A stretch of 64,000 bases of DNA, taken from IMG/VR virus record IMGVR_UViG_3300010346_000241, positions 96,001-160,000 of that record; one strand, written 5' to 3'. The position numbers and the translations under genes were made by a program. This document shows positions 1 through 9,649 of the stretch, in pieces. The notes under the pieces were generated by a model, which was not told where the DNA came from, ran no database searches, and saw nothing but the letters and a program-made list of their open reading frames with translations. Source of the stretch: a virus. Its lineage: Duplodnaviria > Caudoviricetes. How positions within the stretch are numbered: position 1 is the first letter of the stretch; each line of letters starts with the position of its first letter.

Positions 1-40
1 TGTTCTTGATCGCTTTAATAATAGCTGATCCTGTTAGCAT
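1..40 (-). CDS. 5' end of a gene running off the left edge (MLTGSAIIKAIKN...)
   Basis: ATG at 38-40 (minus) preceded by AAAGGAGG; only 13 codons visible. Confidence 0.6.
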   Translation of the reverse strand, partial: MLTGSAIIKAIKN

Positions 41-84
41 ATGAATGCCTCCTTTCCAAAGTATTAAGACTTCTTAGTCTCGAC

Positions 85-114
85 ATGATAATATATAACC
101 TAGTTACATATTAT
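85..114. promoter_or_regulatory. Divergent pair of putative early-type promoter motifs (TATATTAT minus, CATATTAT plus)
   Basis: YATAYTAT motif recurs upstream of many small genes and resembles the phiKZ early TATATTAC element. Confidence 0.45.
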
Positions 115-164
115 TGTGATGTACACCCAAGGGTATACATCAATCTATTAAAGGAGGTAGTTCT

Positions 165-560
165 ATGATCATGAAGAATGTAACAGTTTGCTTTACAGAT
201 GCTACAGTGGCTGCTATCAGAGACAAGAATGTCGACTTCGATAGAAGAGTCAATCTATGGGCGACTGTGATGTGCATGGCTAACAAAGCCTACAACGAAC
301 ATGACAAGAACAAAAGAAACATAGGAGGGAAGTACGATTACTCTATGGGTTATGTACTTCTCTGCGAACTGAACAATGAGTGTGAAGAAGCTATACCTGG
401 TATGGCGCTTCTGAATGCACTCGACACATGGACCGATGGAGAGAACGAAGCCAAAGCTGTCGATGAGATGTGTAAAGACTTCTTCGACGAAGTTGGCTTG
501 TTCGAAACAACCAGAATCTTCGAGTATAATAAGGAGGAAACTAATAATGGAAAACAGTAA
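165..560 (+). CDS. Hypothetical protein, 131 aa
   Basis: ORF with AAAGGAGG RBS. Confidence 0.8.
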   Translation: MIMKNVTVCFTDATVAAIRDKNVDFDRRVNLWATVMCMANKAYNEHDKNKRNIGGKYDYSMGYVLLCELNNECEEAIPGMALLNALDTWTDGENEAKAVDEMCKDFFDEVGLFETTRIFEYNKEETNNGKQ

Positions 561-1350
561 GAGACTCAAGAAACAACTTATAGCTCTTCAGGAGGAACTA
601 TATAGAGACTATCCTGGTATATACAGCTTCAAGGCTATCATGGAAAGTATAAAGGATTTGATTGATCCTATATCCATGAGAGCATATGACGAAATATGGA
701 ATCTCTATAATGAAGCACCTGACTTCTGTACTAATGACGGAGAACCCTATTATAAGGACTTCAATCAGTTCATCTGTAATGATACTAGAAATGGTACAAT
801 CAGAGATGGTATCATTAGCCAAATCTATACTATAACAAGAGAGAATAAGATTGAGCTAAAAGACGACTCGCTCGATAAAGTCAACAAGACAAACAAGTCT
901 AAGTTGTACTTTATTCTTAGATACTTATACAATGATATCACTATGGCTAAGATAAGCTTCAACCTTCCAGATGGAACATGGATGCCAGTAGATACAAGTT
1001 ATCTCTTCAACTTAAGAGACATCTTTGAAGATCTGAAAGATGATGAAATGATAAGTATATTCAATCGTCTGTTGGGTTCTGTAGAGATGAAGACTCCACC
1101 AATTTCTAACAATGTCGATGAGGTAGTAGCTGCTATATGCCAACCTCCAGCAATGCAGTGTGTTAACATGGATCTCATAACTGGACTTGAAGCAACCATC
1201 AAGACTAGAATAGATGCTGAGACAGATACTACTCTTATCAATGCAGTTAATGGTATGCTTGATATAATGAGTTTTGGTAGCTATAAGATTGTAGACATCA
1301 AACGTATGATCGATCTCTGTGAAATCCCACCGTGTATAAGAGGTGAATAA
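547..1350 (+). CDS. Hypothetical protein (start moved to MENSK)
   Basis: AAGGAGG upstream of ATG 547; in frame with the 415 ORF. Confidence 0.8.
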   Translation: MENSKRLKKQLIALQEELYRDYPGIYSFKAIMESIKDLIDPISMRAYDEIWNLYNEAPDFCTNDGEPYYKDFNQFICNDTRNGTIRDGIISQIYTITRENKIELKDDSLDKVNKTNKSKLYFILRYLYNDITMAKISFNLPDGTWMPVDTSYLFNLRDIFEDLKDDEMISIFNRLLGSVEMKTPPISNNVDEVVAAICQPPAMQCVNMDLITGLEATIKTRIDAETDTTLINAVNGMLDIMSFGSYKIVDIKRMIDLCEIPPCIRGE

Positions 1351-1351
1351 T

Positions 1352-1501
1352 ATGGATAAGAAGTTCATCGACAGATCAGACTGCAAATATCTTGTCAACT
1401 ACAACGAATGCTGTTTTGGACTGTTCGAGTGTAATGGTTGTATGGAATGTGAAGATTACGAACCTAGACCTTCTATTGAAGATCAGGCCGACCAGGAGTA
1501 A
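1352..1501 (+). CDS. Small Cys-rich protein, 49 aa (MDKKFIDRSDCKYLVNYNECCFGLFECNGCMECEDYEPRPSIEDQADQE)
   Basis: Manually translated; GAGGTG RBS; six Cys; followed by a terminator. Confidence 0.65.
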   Translation: MDKKFIDRSDCKYLVNYNECCFGLFECNGCMECEDYEPRPSIEDQADQE

Positions 1502-1511
1502 GCAAAGATAG

Positions 1512-1544
1512 AGAACGGACCAGTTAAGGTCCGTTCTTTTTTTT
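1512..1544 (+). terminator. Intrinsic terminator
   Basis: AGAACGGACC/GGTCCGTTCT stem plus T-run between convergent genes. Confidence 0.85.
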
Positions 1545-1545
1545 G

Positions 1546-4389
1546 TTATCTAACGATTCTCTTCATTGCTTCCAGTCCGTATCTTAACGTGTTGTTGGTG
1601 ATCTTAACACCGTTGTCTGAGAAAGGTGTGCTGTTGTAGTATGCTGCGAAGTTGAAGTTCTTGTCGAGACTGCTCATGTGTTTGAAGTTGGTCTTAAACA
1701 CATTCATAGCTATGCTTCTCTGTCTAACAAGTTTGTTGTACTCGTCTACAGGAACGTTTCTCTTCTTCATTCTCTTCTCAAGCTCTGCTATGATGTACCA
1801 CATCTTAGCAAGCTCATACTTCATACCCTCTTCGTTGTTGGTGTTTCTATAAGTCTCAAGAAGAGTTACACTGTTGTCTATTTCTTCATCGAAGTCTATA
1901 TTTCCAGTAGAACACTTATAGATGATCAGATTGCCTTCTTTATCAAACTCCACAGGAAACTTCTTCATCTCATTGAAGATTGATACCGATTCATGGAACC
2001 TTTCTTTTTTAGCGATCTTATGATACCAACGCCACTTATACGAATACTCCATAACAGTCATCTCCTTGTTGTTGGTGAACTTCTTCCTTCTCTTAGCAGT
2101 AACCTTGTCTACTACTATAGAGCCAATGAACTTCACTTTACAAGGTTCGAGTATCCACATCTCATTCGTTACGTTAGCATCGAAGATATCACCATTCTTC
2201 TTGATAACTTTGTTGCTTCTGGTCTTGTACTCTGAGATAGGTTTCTCTGGTACAAAGACATAGATCTGCTTTCCAGCAAGATGAAGTCTCTTGTTAGGAT
2301 TGATGATAGCATTGAGTGCACCCTCTATAGAGTTAGAGAAGCAGATTCTGGGAGTCTTAGGGTCTTCATATCCATATCCGTCAGGATTGTTTTCAGTCTT
2401 GAACTTCTCGAGTTTCTTCTCAAAGTCCTTATCCTTCTCTTTCATACCTTTGATCCACTCTGGCACTCTTGGAGTAAGAGTCTTTTCATCGAGGTCTTCA
2501 TCGAAGGATAGATGATAGAAGGTCTTATTACCGTATGGATTAACTCCGTTCTTAAGGTCGTTCAGAGCCTCAGTAACATAGACATTCTCAACCACTGCTT
2601 CAGTAGTATCTTTGTTGAGAAGGTAGTCAACTTTCTTTTTTATCTTATTGCCGTTATACTGACCCGCTGGACCATCATACACTTTGAAGATAGTGTTCGC
2701 TCTTGTCTTGATACCATCATAGATGTCTGCTGGACTGGGCATATTGATATCCCTTACGAGATTGATGTTTCCAGCTTTCAGAATAGTATCTACAAATGTA
2801 CTGCATACCTGATTGTATTCATTGTCGTCAGGCTTGACGTCTTTCTTTCTGATGAATCTGGGGAGCATTCTGAAGTCGTAGTGGGTATCATGAGTCTTAA
2901 AGTCATAGACCTTCTTCTTCATGTTCTCTACTACTTCACTCTCAGCAAAGAAGCACCATACAGTAATCGGTACGTCCTTTATAGTCTCAAGCTTCTCCAT
3001 AACGAATCCAAGATTCTCTTTACGGAAGTTGTACGAATAGAGTTCCTTGAGATTGGGGTCAAATGATATACTAGCATGACTATACTCACTCTTAGTAACC
3101 TTCTGTATACCAGAAGATATGATAGGTGTCTTTCCTTTAGTGAGTACTATGAAGACAGGCTTATGTGTCTTCTTTGAAACTGCCTCTTCGACAACATCGG
3201 GAAGGTCATCTGGTACTATATCATCCATATTGATGAAGATATCTCTTGGTACACAGTTGTCTATGTAGTCGTTGATTCTCTTAGCAGCCTTAGCTCTGTT
3301 CTCTGGTGTGAAGGGTACTTCGGGATTCCATCCAAGGTCAAGTATACTCTGCTTTCTAGCAAGCAACTCTTCTTCAGTACCACTCTCTTTGATATCATCA
3401 TAATCCAAGTAGAGTTTGTTAAGAGTATTGATCCATTCAGGTGTGAAGTCTTCATAGACATGCTGAGCTATCATATTCTTATAAGAGTCAAACCAGGTAG
3501 TCGAAGAGATGTCTTTGGTAAGACCATCATTGTCAGCCTTCTTAGAATAGTAGTTATCGTTACCATGAACACCCATGTCTATCAACTCTGTAGGAGTGAA
3601 GTATGGAGTGTTGTTGAGTCTGCTCTTTATAGGTTTATCAACTTTCTTGCTCTCTTCAAGAGATTTAAGGAAGTGCTGTCCTACAAAAGTATTAGGGTCA
3701 TGGAACATCTCATCTACTATATTAGCTTCATCACTTTGAATGTCTGGTTCAAGTTTGCCGACTACATCACTATCTTTTGAAGTGTCAATATCCTTCAGAA
3801 GCTCACCCTTGATCTGGTCGTATCTCTGCTGATTGGACAGACCGTACATCATTCTTGAACCATCATCACTGAGCTTTCTCTGATGTACTGTAAGAGACAT
3901 GTAGTTAGCATAATGCTTCTCAAGGTCTTCAAGCTGTTCTTTAGCAGTACCACCTTCTATATCTGGTATAACGTAGATACCACTACCAGAAAAGTATGGT
4001 CCATCAGAACCCTCAAAGATAAGACCTTCAAAGTCAGAATCAGTATCTGTAGTGAAAGAATCGTTCTTAGCATTAACGATACTATCATCTGGGAATATCT
4101 TGAGACTGAGTTCTTGGTTGTTTGGTCCAAAGTCTCTTCTTTTGGCTTCTCTAGTATGCTTGATAAAGTCGGCTTTAAGAGCCTCATAGTGCTGCTGGTT
4201 TGTCATTCCATAGATCTGTATGGATCTATCATCACATAATCTCTGCTGTCTGATAGTCATTGTGGAGAGGAACTTAGTCCACAACTCTTCAAGTTCTTCA
4301 AGATTATTCGTGGGGGTTATAATCACATAATTAGATTCCCTAGCATACTTCTTCGCTAAGATTTCTTTATATGTATCTTCTCTCATCAT
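1546..4389 (-). CDS. Multidomain putative virion protein with permuted papain-like (NlpC/P60, YiiX-like) and ADP-ribosyltransferase-like domains
   Basis: SEYSHASISFD...NQVCSTFV (His before Cys); FYHLS...PRVP...EDPKTPRICFSNSIEGALNAI; AAAGGAGG before ATG 4389; late-type promoter upstream. Confidence 0.65.
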   Translation of the reverse strand: MMREDTYKEILAKKYARESNYVIITPTNNLEELEELWTKFLSTMTIRQQRLCDDRSIQIYGMTNQQHYEALKADFIKHTREAKRRDFGPNNQELSLKIFPDDSIVNAKNDSFTTDTDSDFEGLIFEGSDGPYFSGSGIYVIPDIEGGTAKEQLEDLEKHYANYMSLTVHQRKLSDDGSRMMYGLSNQQRYDQIKGELLKDIDTSKDSDVVGKLEPDIQSDEANIVDEMFHDPNTFVGQHFLKSLEESKKVDKPIKSRLNNTPYFTPTELIDMGVHGNDNYYSKKADNDGLTKDISSTTWFDSYKNMIAQHVYEDFTPEWINTLNKLYLDYDDIKESGTEEELLARKQSILDLGWNPEVPFTPENRAKAAKRINDYIDNCVPRDIFINMDDIVPDDLPDVVEEAVSKKTHKPVFIVLTKGKTPIISSGIQKVTKSEYSHASISFDPNLKELYSYNFRKENLGFVMEKLETIKDVPITVWCFFAESEVVENMKKKVYDFKTHDTHYDFRMLPRFIRKKDVKPDDNEYNQVCSTFVDTILKAGNINLVRDINMPSPADIYDGIKTRANTIFKVYDGPAGQYNGNKIKKKVDYLLNKDTTEAVVENVYVTEALNDLKNGVNPYGNKTFYHLSFDEDLDEKTLTPRVPEWIKGMKEKDKDFEKKLEKFKTENNPDGYGYEDPKTPRICFSNSIEGALNAIINPNKRLHLAGKQIYVFVPEKPISEYKTRSNKVIKKNGDIFDANVTNEMWILEPCKVKFIGSIVVDKVTAKRRKKFTNNKEMTVMEYSYKWRWYHKIAKKERFHESVSIFNEMKKFPVEFDKEGNLIIYKCSTGNIDFDEEIDNSVTLLETYRNTNNEEGMKYELAKMWYIIAELEKRMKKRNVPVDEYNKLVRQRSIAMNVFKTNFKHMSSLDKNFNFAAYYNSTPFSDNGVKITNNTLRYGLEAMKRIVR

Positions 4390-4416
4390 GAGTCCTCCTT
4401 TACACGTTGTATAGAT

Positions 4417-4428
4417 TATAGTGATGTT
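4417..4428 (-). promoter_or_regulatory. Putative late promoter AACA-tcacta-TA
   Basis: Matches the AACA-N6-TA motif seen at about 20 intergenic sites. Confidence 0.7.
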
Positions 4429-4434
4429 TCCGAC

Positions 4435-4470
4435 AAAAAATAAGGTGGCCGTGGAGTTACTCACGGCCAT
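4435..4470 (-). terminator. Intrinsic terminator after thyX
   Basis: GTGGCCGTG/CACGGCCAT stem with T-run on the minus strand. Confidence 0.75.
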
Positions 4471-4483
4471 TATATATATATCC

Positions 4484-5854
4484 TTAACTTTCTTTTGTTG
4501 CTATCACTTCTGCGTCGTCATCGTACTTCACCAGTACAGAATTGTAGAACTCCTTCAGTCCAGGAATCCAGAACGGGCTGGTGATATCGATACCCTGATC
4601 AGCTGCGAATTCTTCTGTATATCCCTTAGCCTTACACTCCTGAAGTCTGAGAAGAGTATGAAGAAGTTCCCAAGCATACTCTCTTATCTCAGCCTGAGCA
4701 TGAGGCTCACAACGAAGCTCAAAGAACTTCAGAAGTGAAGAGAATGTGAATGTCATGTAGATAGCATGGCACTGCACATTGCTAGGAAGGTATGCACGAG
4801 CATCTTCCTTCTTTATACCCTGCTTTCTGAGCTGGCCGTATATTTTACACAGCTCAGTACCAAGTGATTCCAGTGAGCACTTTTTCTTGATTCCGTAAAG
4901 ATCAATTTCGAACATATCCTCCTTAGGAAGATACTTGGCTACTGGAGGAACAGTGAAACCAGCATTGTCATAATTTACGTAACGCTGACTCTCCTGAGTG
5001 ATCGCATTACGATGTCTGACGAGCTGGTGAGTTGCCGTACGTGACATATTCTTGAAGAGTATGGTAATCGTACAGCATTCTCTCAATCCTTCACTGTCCA
5101 GCAATCCATGAGGCACCAGATAGCTTATTGCCGCAGCATTGTCGATATTCACTATTTCGAACTTGTCATTGTTCTTATATGATACAGTGAATGGTTTATC
5201 GATATCTCCAGCTTGTTCTTTTACCTGTTCTTCATCTTCGATGTCAAGTTCAGGATCAAGATCAAGCTGATTGATAGCGATGTTATCGATGAACTGGGTA
5301 GGATCCATGATCTCTGGTGCTACATTGCTCCAAAGTTCCTTTACAGTGCACTGGTAGAGTTGTCTACGGATATGCTCCATGAAGCAGTTCTCTTCTTCAT
5401 TCCAAGGGAAGTTGATGATGAGGTGTTTGAATCCTCTTATACTTCCCTGGAATATAGTATCGAATGTGTTTGTGTCTCTATTGGGGTCTGCTGCATTTGA
5501 AGAGACTTTAAGATACTTACACAGGTTACGTCTGTTAGTAGTTAATCTCAAAAGGTCTGGAAGATAGTCATCACTTGTACCATGTATAGCAATGATGATA
5601 TTGTTGTGCTCTACGATAGAGTCATGACCTGCCTGGACTCTCTTGCCGATATAAGTTTTAATCTCATCATAACTCTTGTTGTTATCTTTGATAGCATAAC
5701 AAGAGCGACAAGCATCATAGATGATGTGGATGCTGTCATTATAATAGAGAGGCTCACTTACTCCTGTAAGTGAGTGTCCCGTATTACTAAAGGGAAGACC
5801 CTGCGCTCCGTAGAACGCATTGAGTCTTGCCTTTTCTTCAGGTGTCTTCTTCAT
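4484..5854 (-). CDS. thyX: FAD-dependent thymidylate synthase (long, two-module form)
   Basis: SRTATHQLVRHR...QESQRYV motif, EDARAYLP, LRCEPHAQAEIR; N-terminal ACRSCY/GHDSIVEH; TAATG overlap with the upstream gene. Confidence 0.9.
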   Translation of the reverse strand: MKKTPEEKARLNAFYGAQGLPFSNTGHSLTGVSEPLYYNDSIHIIYDACRSCYAIKDNNKSYDEIKTYIGKRVQAGHDSIVEHNNIIIAIHGTSDDYLPDLLRLTTNRRNLCKYLKVSSNAADPNRDTNTFDTIFQGSIRGFKHLIINFPWNEEENCFMEHIRRQLYQCTVKELWSNVAPEIMDPTQFIDNIAINQLDLDPELDIEDEEQVKEQAGDIDKPFTVSYKNNDKFEIVNIDNAAAISYLVPHGLLDSEGLRECCTITILFKNMSRTATHQLVRHRNAITQESQRYVNYDNAGFTVPPVAKYLPKEDMFEIDLYGIKKKCSLESLGTELCKIYGQLRKQGIKKEDARAYLPSNVQCHAIYMTFTFSSLLKFFELRCEPHAQAEIREYAWELLHTLLRLQECKAKGYTEEFAADQGIDITSPFWIPGLKEFYNSVLVKYDDDAEVIATKES

Positions 5855-6921
5855 TAGTAGTATACCTCCTCTGGCATATAGTCTGCACATGTCTGGAACC
5901 TGTACTGTTCGTTACCTTTGTAGCAAAGCCCAGTAAAGTTATTGGTAGATAAGTAGTAGTTCCACCAGCTTACTATATCTCTGTTGATATCTATTGGCTT
6001 TCGCCATCCGATCTCTCCATTGATAGTCTGCGAAGTGTAGACTTTGATAATGTATCCGATGAACGGATTTACATAGTTCATGGCATCTAACTTTGGTAAA
6101 CAGTATGTCATGAAAAAGTTGTATATGAGGTTAACGTTCTTACGGAATACTTCATTTGTTTCGAAGATCTGCTCGTACTGTTTGCTATCGTCATTAAGAA
6201 TGTGTCTTCTTTCGATAACCTTATCAGAAAGTTCTTCAGCACAGCATACTGCAATAGTGATGTCAGTATGTAATGCTTCAGTTAAAGCTCCGATATCGAT
6301 ACCGTTGTGATTGATATGAACATCTACATCGTCATAGTCATCTTCGCAGTTGTACTTAAACTGGATTGACTTATCTTCAGATGAGTTGAGAAGAACTTTA
6401 AGTCTGTCTCTTATAACAGATTCAAACTTGATGTATCTTGCAACGAGTCTATCAGCTATCTCATCTCTGGTAGCAGTGGATACCAAAGTAGTCTGAGACT
6501 TCTTTGTCTTTGAAGCAGGTTTTATAGTAAGTTCTTCCTTGATCTTCTTAGCATAGTCATAACCTCCGTCGTCATGGACGTATGCGTAAAAGAATGTCGA
6601 CAGAAGTCCTCTGTCGTAGATCTTAATAACTGGCTTTCTGATTGTTTCAGATAAGAATTCTCTTGAATGCATATCAGTATTGTAGAGTCTTCCGAGAAGA
6701 AATGCATCCATGTATTCGTACATGTTGTTCTCATACTCGTCGGTCTTATCATCGTCTACTGTTGCCAGCCTTGTTGCTGGTCTAGTAGAAAATATGTGTA
6801 TGTGCTTTTTGGGTTCTGATGGAGTCTTATGATAAAGATTTACATCAAGCTCATCAAGAATAGTTCCTTTACCACAAGCGTCTGGTCCGTCAATGACGGC
6901 TCTGAATGAATTGTAGATCAT
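5854..6921 (-). CDS. Thymidylate/dNMP kinase-like P-loop protein
   Basis: IDGPDACGKGT P-loop and IYDRGLLSTFFY (DR motif); AAAAGGAGG before ATG 6921; frame stays open upstream to 7332. Confidence 0.7.
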   Translation of the reverse strand: MIYNSFRAVIDGPDACGKGTILDELDVNLYHKTPSEPKKHIHIFSTRPATRLATVDDDKTDEYENNMYEYMDAFLLGRLYNTDMHSREFLSETIRKPVIKIYDRGLLSTFFYAYVHDDGGYDYAKKIKEELTIKPASKTKKSQTTLVSTATRDEIADRLVARYIKFESVIRDRLKVLLNSSEDKSIQFKYNCEDDYDDVDVHINHNGIDIGALTEALHTDITIAVCCAEELSDKVIERRHILNDDSKQYEQIFETNEVFRKNVNLIYNFFMTYCLPKLDAMNYVNPFIGYIIKVYTSQTINGEIGWRKPIDINRDIVSWWNYYLSTNNFTGLCYKGNEQYRFQTCADYMPEEVYY

Positions 6922-7456
6922 AGTGTGATCCTCCTTTTGGTTGATATTATGATGTCGATGGAGCTGTAAGACATTACGCCCTCCAGAACCATTATACTTT
7001 TCAAAGTACTTACTTTCTTTATAGTCTACCAGCCATTCTGGAAGAATGTATGGTATGGTAGCTTGTACTACTACATTTGGTTCATTAGCATGCACTCCGC
7101 TAAGAAAAGTCTTCTCGCTATACTCAGATAAACTATCTGGTTGGTCTCCCCATTCGTCGGGATGCTTCATGAAGTATATCAAATCTGTCCACCAGTAGTA
7201 GCACTGCAGTTTGACTTTGTTATCTGGAACTTCCAGTATTAAGGCTACGGAATCATCTTCAAAATTTAGCTCCATAGAATTCTGAATGCTTTCCTTCAAC
7301 GCATCCGAATATTGGAGTATCTTGCCATCCATAGTAATCCATCATATCCTTATAAGGACCTACAAGATTGGATGCCTTTGTTGGTCTTGCAAAGTAGGGT
7401 TTCCAGTCTTGTAGTATACGTAAAGCTATTTGGTTTTGAATAGTAACAAGTTTCAT
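6922..7456 (-). pseudogene. DUF3841-like gene split by a +1 frameshift at about 7260 and running in frame into the kinase
   Basis: MKLVTIQ...YGAKF* then +1 frame EDDSVALILEVP...QATIPYILPEWL; AAGGAG before ATG 7456. Confidence 0.5.
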
Positions 7457-7493
7457 GTTATCACTCCTTTCGTAAGAATGAGATATCTCATTC

Positions 7494-9119
7494 TTACGAT
7501 TTGTTTATGAGACGTCTGTCGATAACGAACAGCTCCCCACATATTTTGCATCTGCACTTTATTACAGTGCCGTTATCGTATTCGATGTTCATATCATTAG
7601 CAGTATCGAAGTGTACTATTTTCTTCACGTCATTCCTCCATTCACTTGTAATCTTGGTTATAGCCTTATTCATTCCACTTGAGTCAAAAGTCTCAATGCT
7701 TATTTTAGGAATGCCATTCTTGTAGATATATGAGACTAATGCGTTATGAGCACAGCGATAGCAGTCTTCTTTATCACTCTCCGGGATTGATGATTGCTCT
7801 TTAGAAGCATACAAAGCTTCAAGCTTATCCAATCTATTCTTAAGTTCAGCATTCTCTCCAGCTAAAGAAGCTACAGTAGTCTCTAACTGATTGAATCTCG
7901 TATTAAGATACGGTGGATACGGTGGTTGTATAACTGGATTATTCAGTGTCGGATATGATGGTGCTGTACAGAAAGGAATATTGTATGGCATCGGATTAGT
8001 AGGTGCAGGAGTTCCCAGTTTTGTAAAGAGATCATTTATACTACACTGAGTTAACTCCACTGCAACTCTGGATATTTCAGTGCTATATCTAATCATAGCT
8101 TCATCAATTCTAGCGTGCTGATAGATGGAATAGATATAGTCTACAATGCAGTCTGGATAGAACCAAAGATGCTCAAGCTGATCTCCCATGAAGCTGTTAT
8201 AGATTGCTATACCATAGCTCATAAGAGCATGGACATAGGATAATATATTCATAGAAGCTATCTTTATAACCTCCTCCTCGAAAAGAATGCCTATGCTGCT
8301 GTCTTCTATAAGAGGATCGTTAATAAACTGATTGATCATACAAAGCGCTCTTAATGTAGTAGTATCACTATCGAATATAGAATCATCATCTACTTCGTCC
8401 CATTCTAACACTGTTTTACCCATCGATGTTGCTGTGGATGAAGTAAAGTTCATAAGCCAATCTGGAATAGTTCTTTCAGCGATCTTCAGACTAGTATCAT
8501 AGTCTTTCTCAAGTACACTATAGACATACGATACTACAAACTTTACTAAGTCTCTAGGGTCATATTCCTTTATACCGTTTTTGAATGATCTTGTGTTTTC
8601 AAGATCTTCACGCATCATTGCCATGTGGTTTATTGCTGGTAGAGTTCTAAACTCATCCGATGTAATGAATCTCCTATCGAAGTCTTTATGATCATTATAG
8701 TATGCAATCTTGTCAAACTGTTTATGATATAAAGAATCATAGGATGTCTTATATATCTCATCGTCTTGTAAGCTGTTCACAAACCAATCTAACAGATAGA
8801 TTAGTCTTGCTGTTGCTTTCATGTTCTGGCTTTCGAAATAACTGTTTGACATAAACTCTCTAAAGAGATCTAATGTGAAACGGTCATATAAGAAACCGTG
8901 TATACCAAGATCATTTGTGTTGAGAGAAGCAAGTTTGTTTATCTCATCTACTCCTTCTGAAGTGGTATAGATTTTAGAGTTCGCTTCTTTAGTAGTACCG
9001 ATTCTAGTGCTTCTTAGTACTCTCTTCTGTTTAATCACAAAAGAGTCTTCATCTGCAATAAAACTTTCAAGTGATTTAATCCAAGGTTTCTCATTCATAA
9101 TGATTTCTACATTGTTCAT
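7494..9119 (-). CDS. Hypothetical protein, 541 aa, with Pro-rich linker, coiled coil and C-terminal Cys motifs
   Basis: ORF with AAAGGAGG RBS; CYRCAH and CRCKICG. Confidence 0.8.
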   Translation of the reverse strand: MNNVEIIMNEKPWIKSLESFIADEDSFVIKQKRVLRSTRIGTTKEANSKIYTTSEGVDEINKLASLNTNDLGIHGFLYDRFTLDLFREFMSNSYFESQNMKATARLIYLLDWFVNSLQDDEIYKTSYDSLYHKQFDKIAYYNDHKDFDRRFITSDEFRTLPAINHMAMMREDLENTRSFKNGIKEYDPRDLVKFVVSYVYSVLEKDYDTSLKIAERTIPDWLMNFTSSTATSMGKTVLEWDEVDDDSIFDSDTTTLRALCMINQFINDPLIEDSSIGILFEEEVIKIASMNILSYVHALMSYGIAIYNSFMGDQLEHLWFYPDCIVDYIYSIYQHARIDEAMIRYSTEISRVAVELTQCSINDLFTKLGTPAPTNPMPYNIPFCTAPSYPTLNNPVIQPPYPPYLNTRFNQLETTVASLAGENAELKNRLDKLEALYASKEQSSIPESDKEDCYRCAHNALVSYIYKNGIPKISIETFDSSGMNKAITKITSEWRNDVKKIVHFDTANDMNIEYDNGTVIKCRCKICGELFVIDRRLINKS

Positions 9120-9649
9120 ATAGATTCCTCCTTTTGAATCTAGGTTTTGTTGTTTACATGTGTATGAATACCAGTAGTCTGACCATTCTACTGATACATC
9201 TATATAGTATATAACACACTCTTATATTGAGTAGACCTTAACAGGTTGGGAGGTTAGAGATTAAAGAACCAGGTTGAAGGTAAGATATAACTACACTACA
9301 GTCAGTCTTTTGTAGTAAAATATTACAGGGGGAACACCTAAATAAACATCTGATGGTGATACCGACGCGGGACGAACGGAGCAACGAAAGGGAGGGCTCA
9401 GGTGGAAACAAGCCAGTCGCGAGGGCGCGACTGGTTCCAGGAAGGACAACCAGGAAGGACTCTTAGGAGAGAGCAACCAGGAAGAACTAGACAAGGGTAC
9501 AGACGAGAAGAGTCAAAGAAGAGAGAAGCAAGAGTCCAACAACGCGCAGAACGCGATATATAATAGAGAGGAGAGAGGAGAATATCGTTTCGTTTTCATT
9601 TCGGATGTCTAAGATCAACCAAATCTAGCGAAAAGAGGTATATTACATC

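Noticed and set aside
1-40. MLTGSAIIKAI resembles dCTP deaminase N-termini
   Set aside because: Only 13 codons visible.
5854-7332. Single 492-aa protein starting at 7332
   Set aside because: No RBS at 7332; the kinase has its own RBS at 6921 and the upstream part fits the frameshifted 7456 gene.
9393-9417. TCAGG-TG-GAAA-CA-AGCC resembles SRP RNA helix 8
   Set aside because: Apical stem too short, AGCA not matched and no long flanking helix; not callable as SRP RNA.
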